Shown here: piece after piece, positions 34,137 to 43,853 of the stretch
Position numbering within the stretch: position 1 is the stretch's first letter
How the letters are laid out: each line of letters starts with the position of its first letter
From: a bacterium
GTDB lineage: Bacteria; CLD3; SB21
Assembly: GCA_013360215.1 (NCBI GenBank)
Contig: JABWCP010000009.1
Coordinates: 62,001 to 126,000, forward strand
Reading direction: 5' to 3'
DNA: 64,000 bases
Position numbers and translations under genes: made by a program
The notes under the pieces: generated by a model
Told to the model about the DNA's origin: nothing
The model's input: only the letters and a program-made list of their open reading frames with translations
Databases searched by the model: none

Positions 34137-34964
34137 TTGATGTGTCAATATTTAGGTGTCACAAGACAAGCCTATTATAAACGCTTACATAAGCAATTGC
34201 GAGATGGTTTAAATCAGGAATTGGTGAAAGTGATGATACAAGAGATTCGTCAACATATGCCAAGAATTGGCGGTCGTAAATTACATTATCTTTTGAATCG
34301 TCGTTTCAAAGACCAATCCATGCACTCTATAGGGAGAGATAAGCTCTTTGCCTTATTGCGAGAAGAGGGTATGTTGGTACTCAAAAAGCGCAAGTATACA
34401 AAAACAACGTACTCCAAACATTGGATGCGAACGTATCCCAATTTGGCGGCTTTGATGAGGTTAGACGCACCGGAGCAGTTATGGGTTGCTGATATTACCT
34501 ATGTTGCGTTAGCTCAGGGTTATTTGTATCTACATTTGATTACCGATGCGTATTCTAAGAAAATTATGGGATACGTCTTGAGCCCGGAACTTTCAGCCAA
34601 TATATCTTTAAGGGCCTTGAAAATGGCCTTAGCTAATCGTTATTATTCTCACCAGCTAACGCACCATTCTGATCGAGGTTTGCAGTATTGCAGTGGACTA
34701 TATACGGATTATCTTCGCAATCATCATGTACAAATCAGTATGACGGAGCATGGAGATCCGTATGAAAATGCAATCGCTGAACGGGTCAATGGTATACTCA
34801 AAGACGAATTCGGTTTGGGAGATACTTTAGAATCGTTTACACAGGCTAACAAGCTCGTGCATGACAGTATTCAAATTTATAATCATCAGCGTCCGCATTG
34901 GAGTTGTGGGCTCCTAACTCCGTGTGAACGGCATCTGCAAAAAACAAAAAAGCCCCCAAAATAA
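34137..34964 (+). CDS. IS3-family transposase OrfB (DDE), probably fused to OrfA by a -1 frameshift
   Basis: WVADITY, HHSDRGLQY, ENAIAERVNGILKDE; the -1 frame is open from the slippery site. Confidence 0.92.
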   Translation: MMCQYLGVTRQAYYKRLHKQLRDGLNQELVKVMIQEIRQHMPRIGGRKLHYLLNRRFKDQSMHSIGRDKLFALLREEGMLVLKKRKYTKTTYSKHWMRTYPNLAALMRLDAPEQLWVADITYVALAQGYLYLHLITDAYSKKIMGYVLSPELSANISLRALKMALANRYYSHQLTHHSDRGLQYCSGLYTDYLRNHHVQISMTEHGDPYENAIAERVNGILKDEFGLGDTLESFTQANKLVHDSIQIYNHQRPHWSCGLLTPCERHLQKTKKPPK

Positions 34965-35031
34965 CTTGGAGGCTTAACTTAAAAAGTGTCAACTTTTTTA
35001 AGGACAAGACATTTATGCCTATCTCATCACC

Positions 35032-36177
35032 TCAATATGATGCCAGATCTTTTAGTTTGGCTTCAATACCCTCTCTCAGTGTTTTTTTAAACTCCTCATT
35101 TATTGTTTGATCACTGCTAAGTTTGGTAAGCGCAAGACTGTAATATTTTTTCGATTCCTGCATTTGCCCCATCGTATAGTAGCATTCGGCCAAACTATCA
35201 TGGCTGTTGGCCGACCCCGGGAACAATTTTACATTAGCTTGAAAGACAGCCAATGCATCAGGAAATTTTTTTTGACCCAAATACTGGTAACCCACGCGAT
35301 TCAACGTTTGCATACCATTGATAGGATGCGCTGTCACTAAACTGTCCAGATGAGCGAGTAAGAACTCCCCGCCTTTTTCTTCTGTAATACGCGTTAATTT
35401 TAACCCTTGCATCGGCGCTAAAAAAAAGCGGTTATTGGGAAATTGAGAAGTATAATGTTGTAACAAGGATTCGGCTATATCTAACTTATTTTCAAAATAT
35501 AAATTGATGTTGTTTAACACAAAATGCGCCTCATTTTTATTGAGCAAACCCTCATCATAAGTTTTTTGGATATACTTGAGCGCCTGCGTTTTGGGAACAT
35601 CCAAATCAACTACCCACGCTAAAGCACCTTGCCACCACGCCTGCTGGGTTGAAGCGAAATAATATAAAACACCAAGAGGCAAATAAGCGTCGGCATAACC
35701 CGGTGCGGATTCGATTACGGATTCCAGCAAATTTTTACCGGTTCGCGCGGCAAAAAAAGCCGAAGTCCATTCGCGTTTGGCAAGCAGCGCACGACTTTTA
35801 AAGCTATAAAATGAGCCGAGGTAAAATTGTTGCTCTATAGACTCCGATTGTTTTTCAGCCTGTGTTATCGCTTCTTCGCAGGACTTCAGCAAGAGTGTAC
35901 TGATGGAGTCACGGCTGGCGCCCTGGCTGGCAAAGTACCGCGCATGGAAGTATAACGAAGTTTTTAAAAAATGACCCCGCAGGTTATCCGCATTGTTACT
36001 CAGCATCGCGTTGATTTTTGATTCAGCACCCGCCAAATCGCCGTTATGAATTTGAAATAGTACATCTTTATCGTCTTGCGATAGTGCATTCGGCTCTTGC
36101 ACACCAGCCGATCTATCACGGCAAGACGTCGATCCTATGCAAGTTATTGTTAGCCATAACCAAATAAACGTTTTCAT
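35032..36177 (-). CDS. TPR-containing lipoprotein
   Basis: Lipobox-like STSC, helical repeats, C-terminal NRVGY...FPGSANSHDSLAE TPR. Confidence 0.8.
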   Translation of the reverse strand: MKTFIWLWLTITCIGSTSCRDRSAGVQEPNALSQDDKDVLFQIHNGDLAGAESKINAMLSNNADNLRGHFLKTSLYFHARYFASQGASRDSISTLLLKSCEEAITQAEKQSESIEQQFYLGSFYSFKSRALLAKREWTSAFFAARTGKNLLESVIESAPGYADAYLPLGVLYYFASTQQAWWQGALAWVVDLDVPKTQALKYIQKTYDEGLLNKNEAHFVLNNINLYFENKLDIAESLLQHYTSQFPNNRFFLAPMQGLKLTRITEEKGGEFLLAHLDSLVTAHPINGMQTLNRVGYQYLGQKKFPDALAVFQANVKLFPGSANSHDSLAECYYTMGQMQESKKYYSLALTKLSSDQTINEEFKKTLREGIEAKLKDLASY

Positions 36178-36336
36178 AGCTTCTCCTTCAGTTAGATTAA
36201 ACGATGGGGTTAGGTTTTATGAAATCCATATTAATTTCTAAAATTTGTGTGCAAGGTTTGATATTACCTGCGATGTATATCGCACCCTAGTCTATACCAA
36301 TTGATTACGATGACAGAATTAAGTCGTTGCAATTAA

Positions 36337-36389
36337 GGAACGAAAGGGTCGAAATGCGGAATAGAAGGGATTTTACAGGTAACGAAAAG
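36337..36389 (-). promoter_or_regulatory. Three phased direct repeats (21-bp period), candidate LytTR sites
   Basis: Plus-strand GGAACGAAAGG (36337), GGAATAGAAGG (36358) and GTAACGAAAAG (36379). Confidence 0.55.
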
Positions 36390-36393
36390 AATC

Positions 36394-37164
36394 TCAGCGG
36401 CGCATGAGCAGATCAACATTGCCACGAAAAGCGCGTCCAGTGACAAGTCGGGTGGCGTCTGAAAGTATCACTACGTATTCACCTTTATGCCAAGACTGCA
36501 TTTCACGGATCGCGCGGATATTGACTATATAAGAGCGATGAATGCGATAAAACTGCGTCGGATCAAGATCCCGGGCGACCTCGATTATGTTTTTTGCAGT
36601 CTTGATGGAGCCGTCGGTGGTATGCATCATGGTGTTTTTTCCAGTCGCCTCGATCCACAGTATATTGGCCGTTTCAACAAAATGTATTCGTATCCCGTCT
36701 TTCACCGGGATGCGCGGCATAAACGCTTCCGGACGCGGCAAATTCTGCAGCAGCCGTTTGAGGTTATCCGGTAGTTGTTGTTTTCCGATCATTTGTATAG
36801 CTCTGTCCAGCGCTTCATAAAAACGCGCATCGTCAAACGGTTTGAGCAAATAATCCAGAGCATGGAGTTCAAACGCACGAATCGCATGTTGATCAAATGC
36901 CGTTACGAAAACCACGCCCGGCACGGCGGCCGGACCTAGCGTACGCAACACTTCCAATCCGTCCATCTCCGGCATCTGAATATCCAGAAACAACAAATCC
37001 GGCTTGTATTCCAAAACCTTATCGCATACGTCATAACCGTGGACGCATTCCGCTACCACACGGATGTCTGAACGTTTCGCCAGCAAATGACGAATGCGTT
37101 TTCGCGCCAATACTTCATCATCTGCGACGATCGCCGTTAATTCATGATCAAGCTCTGTCTTCAT
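36394..37164 (-). CDS. LytTR-family response regulator
   Basis: REC domain (ADDE, FLDIQMP, TAFD, YLLKP) and LytTR domain (FYRIHRSYIVN). Confidence 0.95.
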   Translation of the reverse strand: MKTELDHELTAIVADDEVLARKRIRHLLAKRSDIRVVAECVHGYDVCDKVLEYKPDLLFLDIQMPEMDGLEVLRTLGPAAVPGVVFVTAFDQHAIRAFELHALDYLLKPFDDARFYEALDRAIQMIGKQQLPDNLKRLLQNLPRPEAFMPRIPVKDGIRIHFVETANILWIEATGKNTMMHTTDGSIKTAKNIIEVARDLDPTQFYRIHRSYIVNIRAIREMQSWHKGEYVVILSDATRLVTGRAFRGNVDLLMRR

Positions 37165-38221
37165 AAGGAATTTCTATCGTTACGCTAAATTGATCTTGTA
37201 TGGTCAGAATTTTCAACGCCGCCCGCTCGCCGTAAGCCAACTGCAGGCGAGATTCCGTATTTTTCAGTCCAATCCCCTTTTCCAATTCGTTGACCGGTAC
37301 CGATGTGTTTAAGATCGTTATATTAAGATTTTCCTCATTCCGAAGAGCGCGAATAATGATCACTGACGGTGATGCCACATGAGCAACGCCATGACGAATG
37401 GCATTCTCAACCAAAGGTTGGAGAATCAGAGAAGGGACCAATGCTTTTTCAACTTCCGGAGCCACCTCATAGCGGACTTGCAGACGATCCTGAAACCGGA
37501 CGGATTCGATCGCCAGATAATCCGCGATAAATCGTATCTCTTCGCCAAGCGGTATTTTTGAACGTTCCGATTGATCCAACGTTTTGCGCAACAGATCACT
37601 CAATCGGGTGATCATTCGCCGCGCGCCGGGAACATCGTCATCCATCAGAGCCGAAATCGAATGCAACGTATTAAACAAAAAATGAGGTTGTATCTGACGG
37701 CGCAACGATTCCAAACGCGATTGCTGAAAAAGACTTTCCAGATGCGCTGCTTGCAATCGTTCTTGCTGATGCGCACGCACGAAATGCACAACATACGCCA
37801 CGGCGACGATACACCAGTAGATCAGAACACTATTCATAGTACTGCCGAGAATTTTAGCCCAGGCAACCGACGACGGCAGGGGCGTATCCGGCGGATACAA
37901 CGCTATATAGAACCAAAACGACGCAGCGCGGTGTATATAACCGATAACAAATCCAAGTACAAAATGTACGGACAATGAGGCTGGGGCGGACGCACCATGA
38001 AGATTCCATCGCTTTGCGAAACTAACAACTACCGGTGTCAAAATCGCCCATATCAATGCCTGTGAACCTTCAAACGATAGGCGGAGCCACAAGTCAAACG
38101 ACTGGCCAATCGCAATGCTAAAAAAATAGGACTGGAGAACAAAAAGTGCGGCGAACAGAGCCCAAATCAACGTAGTCCACAAAACGAATATGTACTTCAT
38201 ATTTTTCATTCTAAAAGGCAT
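37148..38221 (-). CDS. LytS/YehU-type sensor histidine kinase
   Basis: About 4 TM helices, QIQPHFLFNTLH, LQPLVENAIRHG, GIGLKN. Confidence 0.93.
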   Translation of the reverse strand: MPFRMKNMKYIFVLWTTLIWALFAALFVLQSYFFSIAIGQSFDLWLRLSFEGSQALIWAILTPVVVSFAKRWNLHGASAPASLSVHFVLGFVIGYIHRAASFWFYIALYPPDTPLPSSVAWAKILGSTMNSVLIYWCIVAVAYVVHFVRAHQQERLQAAHLESLFQQSRLESLRRQIQPHFLFNTLHSISALMDDDVPGARRMITRLSDLLRKTLDQSERSKIPLGEEIRFIADYLAIESVRFQDRLQVRYEVAPEVEKALVPSLILQPLVENAIRHGVAHVASPSVIIIRALRNEENLNITILNTSVPVNELEKGIGLKNTESRLQLAYGERAALKILTIQDQFSVTIEIPYEDRA

Positions 38222-38648
38222 ATATTTTCAAATATGATACGTTTGATTTTACGATACGTTCCTTAGATTGTAAAAAAAAGTATTGGGAAAACCAAATTTG
38301 CCAATCCAAGGCTGCATTTGGTCAAAATCGGGTTTTACCTGCATGAATACCTCGGAAAAGCTTTCATTCGTAACTCCCATAAACTGTACATCAATCTGTA
38401 AATTTCAGTAGGAGATTGATCATGAATTGCCCCCTCTCTTAATGACGAACTAACTTATTCGAGTATGATCTTATACAAAAAGTTATTTAAGTACCCTAAA
38501 TTTCAGTTAGCATTACAGCTTTTTTTCTCAAAAGAAGTAAATCCGTGCAATCTTAATGACAACGCAACCTAGCAAAAAGCCTAAATGATAATTATAGTGA
38601 CTTTGCACATACGGATAAAACATTTTTCCGTTAATATAGAGTCGGTTA

Positions 38649-38700
38649 ACGTTTATCCTTTATCTCCGACCGCTCATCCCCTTGATCCGCCGTTCATCCC
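38649..38700 (+). promoter_or_regulatory. Three phased direct repeats (21/20-bp spacing), candidate LytTR sites
   Basis: ACGTTTATCC (38649), CCGCTCATCC (38670) and CCGTTCATCC (38690); resembles AlgR-type CCGTTCGTC. Confidence 0.65.
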
Positions 38701-38769
38701 AATTGGCTAACCCCCTCTCGTTTTTTCGTATAGATTTCACTTGTTCGTTAATAAAACAAGGAGAAATGT

Positions 38770-39654
38770 ATGCGTTTGTATTCGATCTCATGGCTTATCG
38801 CAGCGGTGCTGGCCTCGTTACTTTTGACCGTTTCGGGGCATACGCAAACCCGGACGGACTTTGGTCAAGTTATTGTTTACGGACAAGGTCCTGACATCAT
38901 CTTGATACCGGGACTGGGTTGTTCCGGTGAAGTTTGGAAAACAACGGTCGGGCAAATTGAAAAAACCAATACATGCCATGTCGTAACATTAGCCGGCTTT
39001 GCGGGCGTGCCGGCCATTTCAGGTGATTTTCTCGTTCCGCGTCGCGAGGCGCTCGTGGCTTACATTCGAAAAAACTGCAAAACCAAACCCATCGTGATCG
39101 GTCACAGCCTCGGCGGATTTTTGGGCTTGATGATCGCATCAGAATACCCGGATGTGATCGGAAAACTGATCGTCGTTGATGCCGTACCTTTCCTCCCTGC
39201 ACTGGCCAATCCGGCAGCAACGGTAGAATTGGCCAAACCACAAGCCGCGATGATGGAGCGTATGCTGCTCAATCAGGATGCCGTCAATTTCGCGCAATCA
39301 CAATATGCCACGATCCGCACGATGGTCAGTGATTCGACGCAGTCGCGTACCGTCGCCGAGTGGAGCATCGCATCGGACCGCACGAGCTTGACTGCCGCTA
39401 TGCGTGAAATGATGACGACCGATTACCGTAAAAACATCAGCACGATCCGCGTTCCTACGCTGGTGCTCGGTTCATGGGGCGGTTATAAGACTTTCGGTAT
39501 GACGTCGGATATGGTACTGGATTTATTTCAACAAAACTATGCCGCGTTGCCTTCGGTTACCATTCACATGGCACCGACAGCACGGCACTTCATCATGCTG
39601 GATGAACCAACCTGGTTTTTCAGTGAAGTACAGTCGTTTTTGAAAACAAATTAA
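38770..39654 (+). CDS. Secreted alpha/beta hydrolase
   Basis: Signal peptide, IPGLG, nucleophile GHSLGG, C-terminal HFIMLDEP; strong SD AAGGAG. Confidence 0.9.
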   Translation: MRLYSISWLIAAVLASLLLTVSGHTQTRTDFGQVIVYGQGPDIILIPGLGCSGEVWKTTVGQIEKTNTCHVVTLAGFAGVPAISGDFLVPRREALVAYIRKNCKTKPIVIGHSLGGFLGLMIASEYPDVIGKLIVVDAVPFLPALANPAATVELAKPQAAMMERMLLNQDAVNFAQSQYATIRTMVSDSTQSRTVAEWSIASDRTSLTAAMREMMTTDYRKNISTIRVPTLVLGSWGGYKTFGMTSDMVLDLFQQNYAALPSVTIHMAPTARHFIMLDEPTWFFSEVQSFLKTN

Positions 39655-39699
39655 CAATATACTCAAAACCATTCTTTGAATTATTTGAAAGGAGTCCGT

Positions 39700-39894
39700 A
39701 TGTTCAAGCGTCTTTGTCAAAACGTAAAACACCGACCCGGCTTTGCCGTATCCGCCGGCATCGGTATCGCGTTGGGTACCAGTCTCAATGATCTGGCAAT
39801 GGGATTAGCCATCGGTATGCTGATCGGATATGGTATGCTTTCATGCCGCTGTATGATTTTCAAAAAACGTACTCCCAATCCTACGGCGCAATGA
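39700..39894 (+). CDS. Small glycine-zipper-like membrane protein
   Basis: GIGIALG...AMGLAIGMLIG; SD AAGGAG before the ATG at 39700. Confidence 0.65.
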   Translation: MFKRLCQNVKHRPGFAVSAGIGIALGTSLNDLAMGLAIGMLIGYGMLSCRCMIFKKRTPNPTAQ

Positions 39895-39948
39895 TGATGA
39901 GTCGGGTAAAAAATATAGCTTACATTTTATAGACTAAGAATCTGTGGT

Positions 39949-40986
39949 ATGAATCAACACCAGCGTATGTATTGGTTATGTCAGCTCGGCGGCTGGTTGG
40001 GCTATGCCGCGATCAACTGCCTTTTTATGGCGGGATTTTATCATCTCACGGTACCGCTTGTTTTGGCCAATGTTTTTGTCAGTGCGGTGGGATTGATCGG
40101 CACCCATGCTTTTCGAATCGCTATCCGTCGGCATGATATGCTGAGCTGGCCTCTTTTACGGCTCATACCGATTATTTTATTCAAAACTATACTGGTCGCC
40201 GCGATCATGGAGTGCGGTGTTTTTTTGAGCAGCCACTTCGTTCCCGATACACCTCGTGAATTTCGATTCGCCGTCACATTAGCGCGCATGTTCAACTTCA
40301 GCGTCGTGGCGTTACTTTGGTCTGTGATTTACTTTAGCATTCATTTTTTTCAGGATCGTAAAAATTCGCAAATCAAAAATCTGAAACTTGAATCCGCTCT
40401 TAAAGATGCGGAACTGATGACGCTCAAGTCGCAGATGAATCCGCATTTTCTTTTTAATGCGCTTAACAGCATTCGCGCGTTAGCCGGCAGCGACGGTGCA
40501 CGTGCGCAAGAAGCGATTACCAAGTTAGCCAATATCCTTCGATACGCGTTGCAAAATGCCGCAGCGCCTGAAGTCACGCTGCAGGACGAGCTGCAGACCG
40601 TACAAGACTATGTCGCGCTTGAAAAAATACGCTTTGAAGAGCGTTTTAATGTGACGTGGCGAACCGCACCGGGATTAGAACAAATAAAAATACCTTCCAT
40701 GTTGATACAAATGCTGGTAGAGAATGCCATCAAATATGGTATTGCCGACCGCACGCAGGGCGGTACCGTCATCATTCAAACCGAACGCATCGGCTCTACG
40801 CTGGAGATCACAGTGATCAATGACGGGCATGTCAGACAAACAGACGCTTCCACGGGTATCGGTAATGCTAATATCCGCCAACGGCTCGCCTTACTGTACG
40901 GATCCAGTGCCACACTGGAGCTTACCGAAAAAAATGCTCAGGTTTATGCCAAAGTCAAAATCCCGATACGCGAGGAAAAGCCATGA
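39949..40986 (+). CDS. LytS-type sensor histidine kinase
   Basis: YWLCQLGGW, about 4 TM helices, QMNPHFLFNALN, LVENAIKYG. Confidence 0.93.
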   Translation: MNQHQRMYWLCQLGGWLGYAAINCLFMAGFYHLTVPLVLANVFVSAVGLIGTHAFRIAIRRHDMLSWPLLRLIPIILFKTILVAAIMECGVFLSSHFVPDTPREFRFAVTLARMFNFSVVALLWSVIYFSIHFFQDRKNSQIKNLKLESALKDAELMTLKSQMNPHFLFNALNSIRALAGSDGARAQEAITKLANILRYALQNAAAPEVTLQDELQTVQDYVALEKIRFEERFNVTWRTAPGLEQIKIPSMLIQMLVENAIKYGIADRTQGGTVIIQTERIGSTLEITVINDGHVRQTDASTGIGNANIRQRLALLYGSSATLELTEKNAQVYAKVKIPIREEKP

Positions 40987-41690
40987 ATGCTCTGATCGTA
41001 GATGATGAAAGGTTGGCCCGTGAGGAATTGCGTCGTTTATTATCATCGCATCCGGATATTAAAATCGTAGGCGAGGCACGTCATGCCGAAGAAGCGCGTG
41101 AATTGATTGCAACACTTCGACCTGATTTGGTTTTTTTAGATATCCAAATGCCCGGTGAAGACGGCTTTGCCCTTCTCGCTTCGCTGGAGTCCACACCGGA
41201 GATTATTTTTACCACCGCTTATGATCAATTTGCCCTCAAAGCATTTGAAGTGAATGCGCTCGACTACCTGCTCAAACCGATTGATCCTAAACGCCTCGCC
41301 GATGCATTGCAAAAAATTTCGTCGCAGGAGAGCTCCGCTACACCGACCGGACCGCTCACGGACAACGATCAGGTTTTCGTCAAAGACGGTGACCGTTGCT
41401 GGTTTGTACGTCTCAAACAAATTCGCCTGATGGAATCCGAAGGCAACTATACGCGTTTATTTTTCGACAAAGAGAAACCTTTGATTTTGCGTTCCCTCAA
41501 CCAACTTGAAGTGCGCCTCGATCCCAAAGTATTTTTCCGTGCAAGCCGTCAGCATATCATCAACATGCAGTGGATCGAAACGATCGAACCGTGGTTTGAC
41601 GGCGGTCTCAACGTAACTTTAAAATCCGGCCCACAGGTCAAAATATCCCGCCGCCAAGCTCAAAAATTCCGCGAACTGACAAGTCTTTGA
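40983..41690 (+). CDS. LytTR-family response regulator
   Basis: VDDE, FLDIQMP, YLLKP, FFRASRQHIIN, ISRRQ. Confidence 0.95.
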   Translation: MNALIVDDERLAREELRRLLSSHPDIKIVGEARHAEEARELIATLRPDLVFLDIQMPGEDGFALLASLESTPEIIFTTAYDQFALKAFEVNALDYLLKPIDPKRLADALQKISSQESSATPTGPLTDNDQVFVKDGDRCWFVRLKQIRLMESEGNYTRLFFDKEKPLILRSLNQLEVRLDPKVFFRASRQHIINMQWIETIEPWFDGGLNVTLKSGPQVKISRRQAQKFRELTSL

Positions 41691-41704
41691 AGATACAAGA
41701 GAGG

Positions 41705-41865
41705 TCTTCATTCTTCATTCTTCATTCTTCATTCTTCATTCTTCATTCTTCATTCTTCATTCTTCATTCTTCATTCTTCATTCTTCATTCTTCATTCTTC
41801 GTTCTTCATTCTTCATTCTTCATTCTTCATTCTTCATTCTTCATTCTTCATTCTTCATTCTTCAT
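41705..41865. repeat. Heptamer tandem repeat (TCTTCAT) x23
   Basis: 161 bp with a single A>G variant at 41801. Confidence 0.97.
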
Positions 41866-41983
41866 TATCCTCATTTTCCCTCCGATTTTATTTGCATGAA
41901 ATAGCATTTTACTTTATGTTTTTTTGCTAACCGTTTGGTTCGACAATAAATTCATTTTTTCATATTAATGCGAGTACCCAATT

Positions 41984-43834
41984 ATGCTGAGTTCCAAAAC
42001 TTTACGCATCATTATCCTTGTGTTTGCCGTTACGGCTCTTTTCTGTTTTCTCCCCGGTGCCGCTTTTGCAGGCGGCGGTGAAGAAGGCGGGCATAGCCTT
42101 ATACAAAGTATCGGTATAAGCATTATTGCGGCGACGGTTTTAGCTTTTACTTTCCATTTTTTGAAGCAACCGTTGCTTTTGTCATATATTGCCGCCGGTG
42201 TGATCATCGGTCCTATCGGATTGCATTTGATCAGCAGTAAAGAAGATATCGAGACCATTTCAGAAATCGGATTGATACTTTTGCTCTTCATGATCGGCCT
42301 CGAAATTGACATGAAAAAGCTCAAAGAATCCGGAAAAGCTCTGATCATGTCGGGCGTATTTCAATTTGTGCTTTGCGTTGCGCTCGGCCTGGCTTTTTTC
42401 CCTTTGTTAGGATTTAGTATCGGCGGTGGTAAGTACGACCTGCTCTATCTCGCCGCATGCTGCGCGCTGTCCAGTACGGCGATTGTAGTAAAGCTTTTAT
42501 ATGCTAAGTTTGAACTGGACACACTCGCCGGACGCATTACGCTTGGTGTACTCGTATTTCAGGATATTTGGGCGATCGTAATTCTGGGTGTACAGCCCAA
42601 TCTCGCCAACCCGGACATTTTGACCATCCTGATGTCTTTTGGCAAAGGCGGCTTGCTCGTAGGTATTGCTCTTTTGATCAGCAAATACATCCTTCCGAAA
42701 CTTTTCAAATCCATCGCTAAAATTCCGGAGCTTGTACTCGTGGCTTCGCTCGGATGGTGTTTTTTGATTTGCTCGTTGGCCGGATTTCTCGGCCTCTCGA
42801 TCGAAATGGGTGCCCTCATTGCCGGCGTCGCTATTTCGACGTTCCCGTACAATTTGGACGTGATTGCCAAAGTCATCAGTATCCGTGATTTCTTTGTGAC
42901 ATTATTTTTCGTCGCACTCGGTATGAAGATACCGAATCCGATGGATGATCTCGGTATTCTTGCGATTGCGGCCGTAACGGCGGTATTTCTTATCATCTCA
43001 CGCTTCTTATCTGTTTATCCGATATTGTACTTGTTAAAGCAAGGTAATCGTATCAGCCTTTTACCGTCCATCAATTTGGCCAATTTGTCGGAATTTTCGC
43101 TCGTCATCGCTTCGCTCGGATACAGCGCAGGTCATATTGACAATAAAATTTTATCCATCATCATTTTTGTTTTTGTGATCACATCTATCGGGGCGCCGTA
43201 TCTGATCAAGTACAGCCTTCACATTCAGACGGCGTTGGGTAAGTTTCTCCCCAAGATCGGACTCAAAGACGTTCAAACCGTGATCGAGAAAAAAGAAGAG
43301 GAAGAAGAAAAAGATATCGCTTTGCTGGGCTTTTTCCGTGTAGCCAGCTCATTGATCAAAGAAATACAGGACGACAAAAACGCCAATAATGATAAAGCCG
43401 AACACGAAGACCTGTTCGATAAAATCGTCGTGGTGGATTTTAATCCCAATGTCCATGCGAAACTCCAAGCGCTCGGCGTCAAAGCCATGTACGGCGATAT
43501 TTCCAATATGGATACGCTGCATCACGCCGGTATTCATGGCGCCAAATTGGTTATTTCCACTATTCCGGATACGGTGCTGGTCGGAACGGACAATCTCAAA
43601 ATGATCCGTCAGATACAAAGTCTGTGCCCTCACGCTAAAATCATCGTGACCGCTGAAAGCGCACAACGCGCACAGAAGATGTATGCCGAAGGTGCGGATT
43701 ATGTATTTCTACCCCGCGTTTTGGCTGCCGACCACCTCAAACAAGTCATCGGCGAAGCCCTCAACGGCGATCTGGAGAAAATTAAAAAAGCCCATATCGA
43801 AAAATTAAAAACGGTGGACGAAATCATAAATTAG
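41984..43834 (+). CDS. CPA2 (KefB/KefC-like) cation:proton antiporter with C-terminal RCK/TrkA-N domain
   Basis: LLFMIGLE, SSTAIVVK, VFQD, FFVALG, SEFS; RCK region YGDIS...GADYV. Confidence 0.92.
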   Translation: MLSSKTLRIIILVFAVTALFCFLPGAAFAGGGEEGGHSLIQSIGISIIAATVLAFTFHFLKQPLLLSYIAAGVIIGPIGLHLISSKEDIETISEIGLILLLFMIGLEIDMKKLKESGKALIMSGVFQFVLCVALGLAFFPLLGFSIGGGKYDLLYLAACCALSSTAIVVKLLYAKFELDTLAGRITLGVLVFQDIWAIVILGVQPNLANPDILTILMSFGKGGLLVGIALLISKYILPKLFKSIAKIPELVLVASLGWCFLICSLAGFLGLSIEMGALIAGVAISTFPYNLDVIAKVISIRDFFVTLFFVALGMKIPNPMDDLGILAIAAVTAVFLIISRFLSVYPILYLLKQGNRISLLPSINLANLSEFSLVIASLGYSAGHIDNKILSIIIFVFVITSIGAPYLIKYSLHIQTALGKFLPKIGLKDVQTVIEKKEEEEEKDIALLGFFRVASSLIKEIQDDKNANNDKAEHEDLFDKIVVVDFNPNVHAKLQALGVKAMYGDISNMDTLHHAGIHGAKLVISTIPDTVLVGTDNLKMIRQIQSLCPHAKIIVTAESAQRAQKMYAEGADYVFLPRVLAADHLKQVIGEALNGDLEKIKKAHIEKLKTVDEIIN

Positions 43835-43853
43835 GTTTATATTAATCGCGGGA

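Larger units (their letters stand above)
33701..35011 (+). mobile_element. IS3-family insertion sequence (about 1.31 kb), apparently intact
   Basis: TG...CA ends. Imperfect terminal IRs TGAGTCGTCCTGAGATGAGTTGACA and TGTCTTGTCCTTAAAAAAGTTGACA. TTT on both flanks (3-bp duplication). Contains orfA and orfB. Confidence 0.92.

Noticed and set aside
38252-38400. Possible gene remnant on the minus strand (IDVQFMGVTNESF...PWIGKFGFP)
   Set aside because: Short, with no convincing start or RBS and no family recognised; needs tBLASTn to assess.
41705-41865. Possible CRISPR array
   Set aside because: Contiguous 7-mers with no spacers, and no cas genes in the window.
41687-41899. 70-aa ORF with ILHSSFF repeats
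   Set aside because: It is just the translation of the 7-bp tandem repeat; no evidence for a real protein.
33662-41900. Integrative island or prophage at tRNA-Val
   Set aside because: No integrase or phage genes, and I saw no duplicated tRNA 3' end; only the IS is demonstrably mobile.
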